Positions 1-12,470 of a stretch of DNA of 64,000 nucleotides are shown here, piece after piece. The position numbers and the translations under genes were made by a program. The DNA is from Iphione sp. A-MEVVRFRX5 (Eukaryota), in the NCBI GenBank assembly GCA_976226885.1, contig OZ320321.1:54374001-54438000 (forward strand), read 5' to 3'. Positions within the stretch are counted from its first letter, which is position 1; each line of letters starts with the position of its first letter. Below the pieces are notes generated by a model, which made no database searches, was not told where the DNA came from, and saw nothing but the letters and a program-made list of their open reading frames with translations.

Positions 1-3000
1 ATGGAGTAAGTAGCTTTTAAGATGTCACCACCAGTTCTGACTTAAATTTATGCAGAAGTATTGTGAAAAGACCACACCAGATACTGGACAAGACCAGATC
101 GTTGTTTTCATACCATTCCTTTTCTTTCTTTTGTGCACTATCTATTTATTTGAAAGTTGTTTATCTTTCATTTACATCTGAAAGATGGCACCAAAAGGAA
201 AATAGTTTCAGTTCACCCCACTCACATGCACTCTGCTATTGTGTTGGTCTTGTACTGGGGTCACGTTCATAGCCCTACTCCAAATTTACCTTTAAATCTA
301 CGTCCGTTTACTGTCCTTATTCCGCAGTACGTTTCCGTATTGATCGTGGATTGTCCAGTGTTTAATCTCTTAAGGAAATATCCAAGTTACTAAAGAACGA
401 GAACGGCAGGAACTTGGGTTTTGAAATCCAAGTACCTACTATTCGTCCACCTTTTCATTAGAGAGGGACTAGGTGATTATAGAGCCTTGTGCGGCTTCCG
501 GACTGTGCAAACGTATTTTGCCGAGTACTGCGGTCACATGACCGTCTATTTGTCACAGTTGAACCTTAAGAAAAAGAAGATTTTTGTCAGAGCGGTACCC
601 TACAGTACCGTTCAATCTGAAGCAACAGTTTTGTTTTTCTCACTACTTAATGTAACTTCATATGAACATCGTCTCTCGGTTCATTAAAAATGGCATGCTA
701 GACGTATTGTATTTGAAGTCAGCTGTTATGTGATGGGTAAGACCAGGCAATACATTGGTTCATTACTAATGTTTAAATGAGTATTGTATTTACATTAAAT
801 AATAATTTTTAAATGTGTTTTGGAACTACATATACATTTATTCCAAACCTTAAATACACCTCCCTTTGATGTGACATGGATGAGTCCGTCCTTTTGCTCT
901 GAAAATTGAAAGGATTTCCTTAATCTCCTTACTATGTGGCGACCGAATCCAGCGTTTAGATCAACAGACTCGGTATTCCAAAGGTTAAAAACAGTAGTTG
1001 CTGTGTCCCACGTTGGTATCCATCCGAATCGCCAATATTTACCACTTGCCCTATCGGGTGTTGTTTTAATAGGCTTTCCAAGAACAATAGCCCCCTATCC
1101 AATCTGTAAAATGCGTGCACAGCACCATTTTGAGCAGCCGGGACATTAAAAACCTGTATACTTCAGGTAAGAAACTGACGTTAGCATCCACCTGGGTTTT
1201 ATTAGGTGACCAGAATCATTATGGGAAAAATGCGTAACCATAGTGGCTGGAATGAGGAGGTGACTTGTTTTTGAAAGGTGGTCGCATGGAGAGATTCTTC
1301 TGTATATGTACTCTGGCAAGTCGATCACTGAAAACTCCCCAGATTTACTTATGTAGCAGTCATAACTTACTAAGATGTCAAGAATGTCAGCTGCACGTAC
1401 GATGTACATGTAATTTATGTTGATGATTTCTATCACACTGCTTATAAATAGGGAAAGAACAGCTGGATACACCTGCGCCGTTGGTGAATCGACTTTCTGA
1501 TGCTCTACTTTTTAGACATCTAAGTGCTCATAAAAGGGAGACTACATGTACATGCATGTACATCTGAATCAAATCTCCTTTCATGTAGTCATAATGTACG
1601 TTACATAATATCACAGAACCCTTGGAGACAAGTTGCTTCAAATGCAACAGCGCCTGTCATCGATCTGTGCCCAGGTATTCACGGCCTCGGTCTCGGTCAG
1701 TAGGCTAGCTTTACTTGGCCGCTGCCACATGACCGACTCAGGTGCGCTCGCCACCAGAACTGTTGTTCGGGAGTGCGATCGATAAGACACGTGCTCCTGC
1801 ACGCACACACGCCCCCTTCCCACGCGTTATCGACACATCACTAAGCTTCTCTTGAAAGTTTCAGTAAGGCCTCACACAGATTTGACATTAGAATCTCGTT
1901 ACATTAAGTGCAGGTTTTAAGGCGGCGGCAGTATCTAAAGGGGAGTTGCTCCGCAGCAAAGAATGAAGGGGTGGGAAAATGCAATAAAAGCAGGGCCGTC
2001 TTATATACACTGAATTAGGTGCCCCAGTGGAACTTTTGTTCCGGCTAATTGGTGTGGAGTAAGCGTGAATATTGAAGGTAACTCACCGTAGCCTTGTTTG
2101 TGCTGGTAAATGCCTATTGAGCAAATTACTTCACCTCGTCACAGCAGGGTATTTTTCTTGCATGGACTTTCGTGTTAATTGTATCGACGGAATATAACCA
2201 GGGACTGAGGACCGAGATGCCTTTGTACATGCACCAAATATATGGGCACATGATACACGTTCATTCTTCTCCTTCGGGGAGCAAAATATGCAGACAGCTA
2301 CGTCTAATTTTGTCTCTCCGAATACCGTTATAGCATGTTTAGCAAGCGACCTGTACTTAAATAGTATATAAATGCCACCGACATAAAATTATGGCTGATA
2401 ATTATATCATTGCCTTTGTTTTTGTTACCGACGTTTCGAGGGTAATCGCCCGAGCGAAGCAAATGGTGCCACCATTCTGATGTTATCCGTGAAGAAAACA
2501 TGGTGTGTGCTTTGCCATGAAAGTGGCATACCTTTGTTTACAAAGGTGATCAACACAAGAATGCCACATTTGAAAGAACACAGTTCTATATAGGACAGCG
2601 TGGCGATAACTCCAGTAGGCAGGACTGAATGCGATAGGGAAACGGCGGGTCCTCATGAGTACCTGCATGGCGGTGCAGGTGGCGACACCGTAGCTGAAAC
2701 AAATGAGCTCCCCGTCTGCCATCGACCTCGTCCGCTTGGCGAACCGTAAAGAGTGGTCGCCGTCGAGGCCGAGAGGGGTAGTCTACTCCAAGGAGAAGGA
2801 GGAGGGGTTATCCAGCAAGAGAGGAGGACAACTCCAGGAGCGGAGTCGGACGTGGAGGGCGCACGGTCGTCACGGCCAGTACATTAGCATCAGGTCGATT
2901 GTAAACACACGACAGCACGCCCCTACGGACGGGCTCACACAGTCCTGACTGGCGGCGGCAGCAGCGACGGCCTGCCCTCCTGAACTTACGGACGCATCTG

Positions 3001-3018
3001 TAGATAAAGTTAGCCGGA

Positions 3019-3092
3019 GGTGTGTGTGTAGGTGTGTATGTGTGTTAGTGCACTCTGTTGTCAGTGTCGACCTGTATGCACACACACACACA
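3019..3092. repeat. Imperfect (GT)n and (CA)n tracts
   Basis: Direct reading. Confidence 0.8.
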
Positions 3093-4937
3093 CTCAGAGA
3101 TAGAAAGCCGGGGGAAGATTAAATTTAGTTAGCCGCTTTAAAGTTTGATTGGAGTCTGCATGTGTCTGGATCAACCCGCGCACCTACTGATATTGACTGT
3201 ACGGAGCTCCTGGTGGCGGGAACTGCGCCACCCAACAGACTGTGAAGTGAACATGGCACCTCTAGATTAGCAACAGGATTTTTTTTCAGTAAAAGAAAAT
3301 CGTCAATAGAATTAAGATTGTTAATCGAGAAGTCGAATCTCACATTGTGGCATCATTAAGTGTGCATTGGGAGAGGCCTGTGATCGGACGGAGACCACCA
3401 CGTAGTGCACAGTGCCAAGGTAGAAGGGCAAGCAGTATAGGCAAATACCACCGTTATAACTCCTCACTGAAAACCAGAGACAAGACCCGGTAGGAGGTGT
3501 GAACGGAGGACTTCCTGACCAGCCAGACGTCCACAGGGTGGTGGCTTAAGCCAGCGAGGGTTTGTCACCCACAGTGGTAAGCTTCCACGGCTAGACGGTG
3601 GTGGGGAGGAGATCTAATGGGCGCCGTCTCATGGTTGGGTTGATCCTTCATCTTAAGGGCCCGGCCTCGTCAAATTCGGCGGAGAAACCTTCCGTCTGGA
3701 ACGATACAATTACCATCCCCAATTACTCGGATACGCAGGCCGAACCAAGGCAAGGGATAGGAATATATACACAGGCCGGCTGATTTGTTGGCTAAGACAG
3801 AAATGTTGAAATCAAACAGAGTCTCCACGAATAGTTCCTTTTTACGTACTCAACAACAGACGGTTGCAATTTCAGTGTCAGCCTGCTATTTGCCCATGCT
3901 GTATTTTTTCGATCCCCTGTCTCGCGTTACGCGGACGCCGGCTCCCGTTTCATCCATAGAAATGTCTGCGGAGATTAGGAGAACCATGAGCCACTCTCTG
4001 ACACAGGCCCTGTTTTAAAGTTGCAGAGTTGTGTGGACCTTGGAGATTTCTTAACAGCCTTGGTGATAGTTAATCAGGAGGCGTTATTCCTATAATCAAT
4101 ACCAGCCTGTCGGTGACAGAGTCTAGGATGGATCTGTCTGTAGCGGCCACCGTGCAGCTTTCACTGTGTGTTAAAGAATCCATCTATATCCAACTAAAAA
4201 CTCAACCATTTACTTATTATTGAAAGGAACCTTTGCTCCGGACCTCTATGAAAACTTCTATGTGCTTTATTCCAACGTTCATCTCAGCGAAAACAGCAAA
4301 TGGAACTCTGACAGTCAACCGTGGGAATACGTTCCTAGGTGTCCTTCTTGGAAAGAGAGTCGTAAGCATTTGTTTTTGAGAAGAGATATTTACACAGAGT
4401 TCATTTAGCACACCGACTGACCTTCTGCTGCACACAATGTTCGTGTTGATAGGAGCGAAGGTAAGCCTTTCATGAGCTTACTTCACCTAGTTAATTTCAT
4501 TTAGCTGGGGGTTTTAATTTTATGCTTATATCTCATACCTTTTTATATAAATGTATGTATGTTTTTCTTTCACTAGTTGTCAGATTTTTCTCTTTCATAT
4601 TATCACATTTTAATTCGCTTTAATGTCGTCAAGTTATTTCACATTATAAACATAATAACCATTGACCATTACTACATTGTCATTGGTTATTTAAAGGAAT
4701 GTGATACTTGTAAGGTTCTGGCCAAAAAAACCGTGTCTATTTTTCTTCATTGGAAATAGCGATACATAAAAATGTGAAGTGCCTGTGATGCTCATGCAAA
4801 CCCTTATGTTAAATCGATGTCCAGTCCGAGATGGGTCTGATTCTTGTCATGCGCAAGAAAAATCTCCACAATAATTCAGAGCCGTGTACAAAATAGTGAA
4901 GAGCTCATGATGAATAGGGATTTTCTGGGAGGAGGGG

Positions 4938-4995
4938 ATGGCTGAAGGAAGACCACCAGACATCTGTAGGAGGATGGCCACCGGAGGGCAAATAG
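4938..4995 (+). CDS. Candidate alternative first exon (MAEGRPPDICRRMATGGQI), phase 1
   Basis: GGGATGG start context, open frame, strong AG|GTAAGC donor at 4996; no homology support. Confidence 0.3.
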
Positions 4996-7493
4996 GTAAG
5001 CAGACATGAGGGGAATTCTTTTGTGATCCAAAGCAAATTTGATTCAGTCCTTACACAAACATATAGGCGTGTTGCAGGGGAAAGGACACAACACCTTAGA
5101 CCAGTTTCCTCCGGATGATCTAAACGCCACACTGAGAGAGCCTGTCGAAGGAAGAATAACGTTATTCGTAAATAAAAAAAAACAACTTTTGTTTGCTGGC
5201 AGTTGTGCGATAGGAAAGTTATTTTAAGAAAATATTACCGCTCAGCTTTGTGGATAAATATGTATTTTTTTCTAAACAGACAAAAATGGATGTTTATTTG
5301 ACTTTGAATATGATACGTGTACAGGACCAACACAGTAAACCACTCCTGGTTATTCTGTTCGTTATTATATACAACTCTATGCCTATTATGTATATCACTT
5401 ATCACACGAGAAGGTCGATGGTTATCAGTAATAAATGATATACTCCGCCGGATATCTTGGGGACTCCTGTGAACGGGCGGTGTATGTGACAACTCTTGAT
5501 CCTTGGAATCGTTGTATTCCGTCTTCTCAGGCTGAAATGTGGTGGCTGCAGTTCCCACCTGTCGACCGTCATGAAGATACATGCACCTTTCACTGATCAC
5601 AGAGCATTCATCTAGATGCCCTTTCAACAGAGGAAACAGATATCCATTTAAATCAGGTATACATGTACAGTGAAAATCTCCCTTATGTAGTAACCAATGG
5701 TTCAATCCTAATATGCCTGGAGTGGGGAGGTGGCTGGATTAGCGAGGGAAAATTATGATGGATTTTATGGATTTTAGCCCCCTCTCCCGTGACTGGATTA
5801 GCGAGGCGATGTGATCACGACGGTGACTGATTTATCATTCATTTGGGGATGTAGAGCAACTACTCTTCATAGATGGGATGACAAAAGCATGCGTGTACAT
5901 GTACATGTATATTTAGTTCATGTATATGTTCGACACGCTGTACCTTTTGATAGAATGATGGCCCCCATAGAATATTTTCAAAGTGAAAGCAGCAGTGCAT
6001 TTATACAGTTCTGACGGTACGATGCGGCAGCCCTTTGGTGCGCTGGCCGACTACATATATCATGGTTCATCTTTTGTCTGCGGGGCCTCTGCCACTGTAA
6101 ACAGTTTGAGGACATGCGTAGCCTGAGGCCCCCGAGCAGGATGTACATTCCCATACTTGTGGTTAACGAGCGGGCCCCATGGCTTTATCTACCTGAAATT
6201 GGGCGTTCACGGAATTTCTCCTAGGACTGCTCGCTTCTCTGGGCAACATGGAACTTGTCATAGAAAGCCACTTTACCGGAGATCATTGAATCATGTACGT
6301 ATTTTACTAGATCTTTTGAATCCATTTGTGAATAAACATGGAGGGTTTTCTTTTTGCTAACATCCTTATTAGTAGGTATGGATATGTATATCTCCTGGGC
6401 AAACGAACCTCTCTAAAATTAGTTGATATAACCTAGTTCAGTGTTCAGTTTACGATAGTGTTCCGCAGTTATCGAAAATACATAGATCGCTACTGCATTG
6501 AACCGTCTGCACGTGATAGTTACACCCATCTATCATTCCCGACGGCCTTCCATGCATATTGCACACTTGCTGATTCAGCCAAAGTCTGATCTAAGCGTTA
6601 TAACATGCCGCCAGCGGTTTTTTTTTCATAGCACGCGTGGTATTCGTACCGTAGAGGAGAACCTTAGCATATACGTACTAGGTGAGGTAGGTTTGGTATT
6701 GGGCTGTTTACCTTTAATGGAAGCATATAGAAGGCCTCCCCCTTTTTATACCTCGTTAGCTGCCCCCACCACCACCCCCCACCCCCTGAAGTCATCCAGG
6801 AAGGAAAGTTACCCGCTTCACGGTGGAAGCGGCCGACCGCCGCAGTTTTCCCAGCTTGTCTGAACCCCCTGTCCGCTTAACCCCGCCGTGAGCCTTGTTT
6901 ATTTAAACCCTTTCAAAGTTTAAACTGAGTGGTCTCTAAAGACAAAAGAAAAACACGTAGTTCCCTGTTCACTTAACAATTTCTTTAAACATTGAACACT
7001 GTTTTCTCTAGAAGGGCATGGTTTTTTTCCCTATTTGCACTCATTATCTTGAGTGGACAGGTGGAAATATTACTCATTCAGTAATAAAGAATCAGATCAA
7101 AAGCCATGTATTTTCACTCATCCAAGCTGATATTTAATGTCGTACTAGAGTATGCTATATTATGTCATGCTGTTGTATTATTTGGGTAACAGCGATCGAG
7201 AAAATCGAAGAGCCTAGCAGCCAAACGTGCAAGGAGGAGTGTTTGCATTTCCATCGGTGAGACGAATTCTCTCTGCGCCACTCTTTATTTGGTCTGAACT
7301 AAGATGACGCAAGTTGTGGACCGAACCCTCAGCTGTCTGGAATAATTGTCACTTCTACCAGGCCCAATTCATCATTGTGTCCCTCAACTCTACACTTCAC
7401 GCTTATCGACCATAAGCCTGTGCGCTGTCTTTTGACAACCCTGAACCCTGTTTAACTGTTCAACCTCCAGTCTCCACCCGTGTTTGTCCGTAG

Positions 7494-7516
7494 AAGAGAT
7501 CAAATTTAGACTACCG
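7494..7516 (+). CDS. Candidate 23-nt microexon
   Basis: Pyrimidine-rich tract and TAG acceptor; strong CCG|GTAAGC donor; reads EIKFRLP in phase 1 to 0. Confidence 0.3.
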
Positions 7517-10500
7517 GTAAGCACCACGACGTAACTTTCGTAATTGGGCCGGGTAACTCGATGCAAAGAGGTTTTCCCTATTATATAGTAACAAAGCCAG
7601 TATCTGATCTGTGAAATCGGCCTTTCACCAGATCAGCAGAGCCTTAGGATTTCATTAAGTTTGTTAGAATACAGAGCCAGAATGCTCAGGTTTATTTACA
7701 CTACTTCTGGGGTGATATTTCACCTGAAGTCTATGGAAATAGCAAGCAAGTATTTCTTAACTGTTCTGTTTAATAAATTTGTCAGAAAGAGCACTCTGGT
7801 ATCCGCGCATGGAAAAGCTGTCCTTGTGAACGCCAAAAGCGTGGCAGATACAATATTTACATTTAAGTGAAAATGTATTTTCACTGAATGGACGTTCTTT
7901 CCGAACGTGCTATAAAACGTACGTGTTTTCATGTTGAGTTCACCTCTCGTAAAATCTATGATTGATTGATACAGTGAACTAGGTAATGTAGAAAAGAGAA
8001 CACCTGTTGAATGTGAGCGTCAATAAATATGCGGCGGCTGTGCTAGTGATCGAGCGTCACCAGGACCCATGTGGCGGCCGACCATTAACAGGCAGTATCA
8101 GGTGGCGCCACCTGGGTTACAATCCACGAACCGACCGCCTGCTCGTCGCGGCGCGTGTTGGTTGACGTGAGGCACAGCGGTCACCTTCGTTAATGCCCAG
8201 ATGAATTGGACCGATGTAAAGTATTATCATACGTATGTAATTAGTCATGACGTCATTAGTCATGTGCAGTCATGACGTTTTAGGAAAAGCGGAATTACAA
8301 TATTTTTCTTCTTATTACGAAGTAATACTGCTGTAAATTACACGTCTAATTAGTTAGACGGAAAAAGTGAGTTTCCTGTGCGACGTAATCGCCCTGTATG
8401 TCTGCCTTCTCTTTTCTTTAACCTTTGCTCCCCTTCTCCTCCCACCCCTCTACAACACCATCAGCAGACATGGTTATCTATATACGGGTTTGGATTGATT
8501 TGATCCAGCCCGGATAACCCATTGAGGGTCGGTATAAGTGAGAGTTAATCTCACTTTTATCTATTAGCAGGCATTATCAATATGACGTCGTTCAGAATGC
8601 TCATACGTATCCAAGCAAAGTACCCTATCTCAGTGTTTGAGGATTTGTTTCTCCCATTACGACATTCATAAGTGCATGATGGCTGCAGGCGGGTAAAGTC
8701 TAGTATATTAACTTATAGTATTAATGAGAATGAGGCTGGACGGTGCATGTGGTACTCTCTGTGTGTGATATGCATATGAGAACTGTGCAGTGCGGATAGT
8801 AATTCTCCAGAGTCGTCCCCTTGTAAATACCGTTGTATTGATCTGGGAGTATATATTGATCTGGGAGCTAGAGTCCGTCATTAATATCCGGACGTCAGTG
8901 CGTAGATTGCTCCAAGTGTAATTAATGAACCGAAGCATACTTATACAGTGAAAGCCACTGATAACTCCTTGTGTCTGTTATAACTATCCCCCAACGGAGA
9001 ATTGTGCACGATTTTGAGCCTTTCAATCCAGTCGGGAACATGGATAAATATTGACCTACCAGATACACTCAGGAATGTCATAATGGTGATTAAAGGATTT
9101 TATAGAACAACTGCGTTGTAATGTATGTTTTCGATCTTTTCAGAAACGGCAGTTCAGAATGCACATAAAGGCTACCAATACTTGCGCTCTGCTCTCCTAT
9201 GTTCTAGCTAGGCCTGGAAAGCCCTGCCGCAAACAACAGTTTGTTAGTGCGCTAGTTGGACCGAAGCATGAATGATATGTTACGTGTAATCCCATTTCTA
9301 AACAAACGTTGAATGTTTCCATACTGAACGTATAGAGCCGCGCCCAGCATAGAACCATTAGAGCGTATTGGTCTCTGGTTAGGAAATACATGTACACTGT
9401 AGGTGAACACAAATGCTTACAGATCACAATCTTTGCTTAATTATTCTCCATCCATGTTTTTGTGATTTCATTTGTTGTGCTGCATCATTCTGGTTTGTTT
9501 TCTCTTTTTCAATCCCAGTTAGTCTCATATTAAAAGTAAACTTAAATGATACGCATTTACTATCTGTTTGAGTTACGATTCAGCAATACAGTAGTTAATC
9601 TTTAGAACAAACGCTGGAGCCATGAAACAGGTAAATAGGGCTTTCGTGAGCGCTGTTTGGAGCTCATGCTATTTCATATTTAAATACGTATACATGTACG
9701 TGTTGCGGTCCATGGGATCTGTGCCAGTCTCTAGTTGGGTGTTGCGCTGTTCTTCATTTATTATCTAAAAATTGAAGTAGTACGAATTCGCAGAACTGAG
9801 AAAGTCACATGAGGATGGCAAATAAGTCTGAAGATCTCAAACATAGGGTCCATCCGGATCCTGGAGGGTTGAACCCTATGTATTTACAAGGTGGTCTTAA
9901 ACGAGCTACATCCCCTTTAAAGTGTTGGTCGCTGTCGTAAGGTCAGGCCTTGTCCCTAGCCAGTTAGATAACGATGTTGACGCCTGAGTTTCCTATATGG
10001 TCTTATGATACAGAGGTAACTGTCTTTCCTTGCTGGCGATGAGCCAAGTTAAAAGGACAATGTTGAGATTTTTCAAATTGTTTGAAATTTTTAATGATAC
10101 CCTGAGTAGTAATTGTCCATTGGCATTTCTGTGTCCCTTTCGAGCGGCGTCATGGCTCATAATGGTGCTCTTGAGCATAGTCCCTGCTTCAGTTTTCATG
10201 TTTTATCAGTTCAGTCAGAGATCATTGACCAGACCTAGAGACGACTAAGTGTGCTGCATATCACCAGGTACATGTATATGTTCGTATGTGCAGTTAGATG
10301 CTTCAGTCTAAATCACGTTGCCATATAATGTTTCATATTTCAGTAAGTTTATGCTCGTATATTTGTGTATTATTGAGCATGTGTACAAACAGCATGTGTT
10401 TGTGCATATCGACGTACGCGCAGATGCGTGGGAGTGTATTTCCTTATTGGTATACTTGTAAATATTTTCTGTTTATGTTAACACTTAGCTACATCCTTTA

Positions 10501-11717
10501 CCTTTAGAGGGGGGATTTATATCAACAAGATTATATTCATAGATCTCAGTCGAGTTGCACAGCGCTCGTCCAGTACAGTGCGCAGAAGAAGCCAAGCCGC
10601 AAGCGTAACATGCACCAAAGTTTCCGTCGCAGAACAGAAAGGAACGGCCGTTGTTAAGCCCCTTACTGCTCTCTTATAAGGCTTTTGTTGGCCTGTGAGT
10701 GTGAGCCAGATTACGAGCTGGCCTCCCCAGGAGGCGTTCTGGCACCCTGGTGGCCGCCAAGGATTGGCCTTACTGAAGATCAGCGTCTCCTGGTACCTGC
10801 TGCCTGGAGGTGGACGCCACTCCGTACCTCACCCTCTGAAGGTCAGCTGCTCGAACAGAGCACGGAGGAATACCAGTGTTTTATTATTCTCCTCCCGAAC
10901 GGTCGAACTGTCCGCAACTGCTCATTTTCGGTTGTTAAGGAAGGACCTGGATCTTCTCCTGTTGCGATCGCAGCTACCGAGTTGGACGCAACATCATGCA
11001 TACATGAACTGCACTGCTTCTACATGTCAACCCTCGAGAACTGAACTGAAGTAAATACCTCTCAGTATGTTTCTATCATTTGGAGCTCATGTTCTTTAGT
11101 TATTATTCGTGAATGCGCTCGGCAAGACATGGGAAATACTAAACTGAAGACCTCTGGAAATCATTCTAGTTGAGCACTGGGAAGAATTAATGACTGGCAG
11201 TGCTGCTCTGTTCTCGTCATGTCAGGCAGAAAGTAACATTGCTTCGTTGGCAGCCGATGCATCCTCTTGGTTTCCTTCCCAGATCTGCAGTTTTATGCAT
11301 GATTTGGGATTAAGTAACGTCACAGAGTAAAAACGGTAGAAGTGATGCGAGGAAAAACAAGGCGCCGTCGACATTGGACATGGACCAAGTATGGCACTTT
11401 TATGAAACAGTCACTTTTATCATTGCCCAATGTATGTCTGGGTAGTTAAAGTTAAAGTATGATTTATTGATGGCATGTAGTTGTGCAAAGGACCTCATTT
11501 AAGGTATAGTCTGTCACCAATTATTCCCTGATACATGTATTTCTTTTAGTATGTAGATTTTGTTACATAATTCTGACAAGCAGTACAGTGTATGTGGATT
11601 TAAATAAAACATAACGTTTACGACACACGTAGCTAATTTTAACAAGAACCGTGTAGAAAGCCTCGTCCGTCGTAGACTGATGACCTCTTTAAATTTCTCC
11701 TCAGTGGTACTCTTGCC

Positions 11718-12470
11718 TTGGCAGTCTGGAACCGCTTCCTCTCGACCGAGGGTTCCTCCCGTCCAGAGAGGACCGTACAGGCCTCTCAGGCTATCGTACC
11801 TTCAGGAGCGCTGTCAGACAGCGACCTCTTGGACATGGAACCCAGGAGCAGGGCACCCATTAGAGCCTCTCTAGGCCGATGGGCCAGTCATGGAGATCTT
11901 TTTCGCGATAGTAGCACGACTGGCAGCACTGAAAGCCTTCACCAGTATAACCCGGTGCCATTTGCCTCTATGGAGACTGTGTCGGCCGATACCAGCGTTA
12001 CTTCAGTGAGCTCTGACCTTACCCAGGCACAAAGTCTCGCACTCGCAGGTACGCCGCCAAGCCAGATGAACCTCAGGCTTCACGCCCAGCTGAAGGACAT
12101 GTCCTCGGGTGCGCGTCGAACTCCGCAGATGGGAAAACGTATCGTAAGACGCCTACCTCGCAGACCTCACGACCCGCCGCCGCCGCCGCCGCCATTCCCG
12201 GTCAGCCCGCTTGTCCGTGCTAGTCAGGAGGTACTTCCAGCAGGAGATGCGCCAGGGGAGACGCAAAGCCAAGGTCTGGAAGGCGGCAGGGTGGTGGAGG
12301 ACCTGGTGACCTGCAGGCCCAGGGGTCAGCGGTCCAGGGTCGTCAGCGTCGTCAAGCAGATTCAAGAGGGCGGCGCTGGACCCGCTAAAATGGGCATACG
12401 TATCCAGGCCCGAGTGAGCCGCGATCCTGGAAGCCGCCGAGGCAGCATCACAGTCTACCGCATCACCAAG
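11718..12470 (+). CDS. Orphan coding exon (about 250 codons, S/P/R-rich); probable alternative first or cassette exon of the MPRIP-like gene
   Basis: GC-rich 303-aa ORF whose composition changes at a phase-0 donor AAG|GTACCC (12471), compatible with the 26062 acceptor. Start is uncertain: first ATG 11835, or acceptors at 11704 or 11724. Confidence 0.6.

Noticed and set aside
5235-5705. 156-aa minus-strand ORF (also 1146-1472 and 15458-15868)
   Set aside because: Random-looking composition, alternative start codons, no domain motifs
9841-9882. 9-bp inverted repeat ACATAGGGT...ACCCTATGT (a similar hairpin at 20813-20836)
   Set aside because: Too short to distinguish from chance or an old transposon footprint
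10685-11054. Two overlapping 119-aa ORFs in a GC-rich patch
   Set aside because: No recognisable motif and no convincing splice sites; could be UTR or an old repeat
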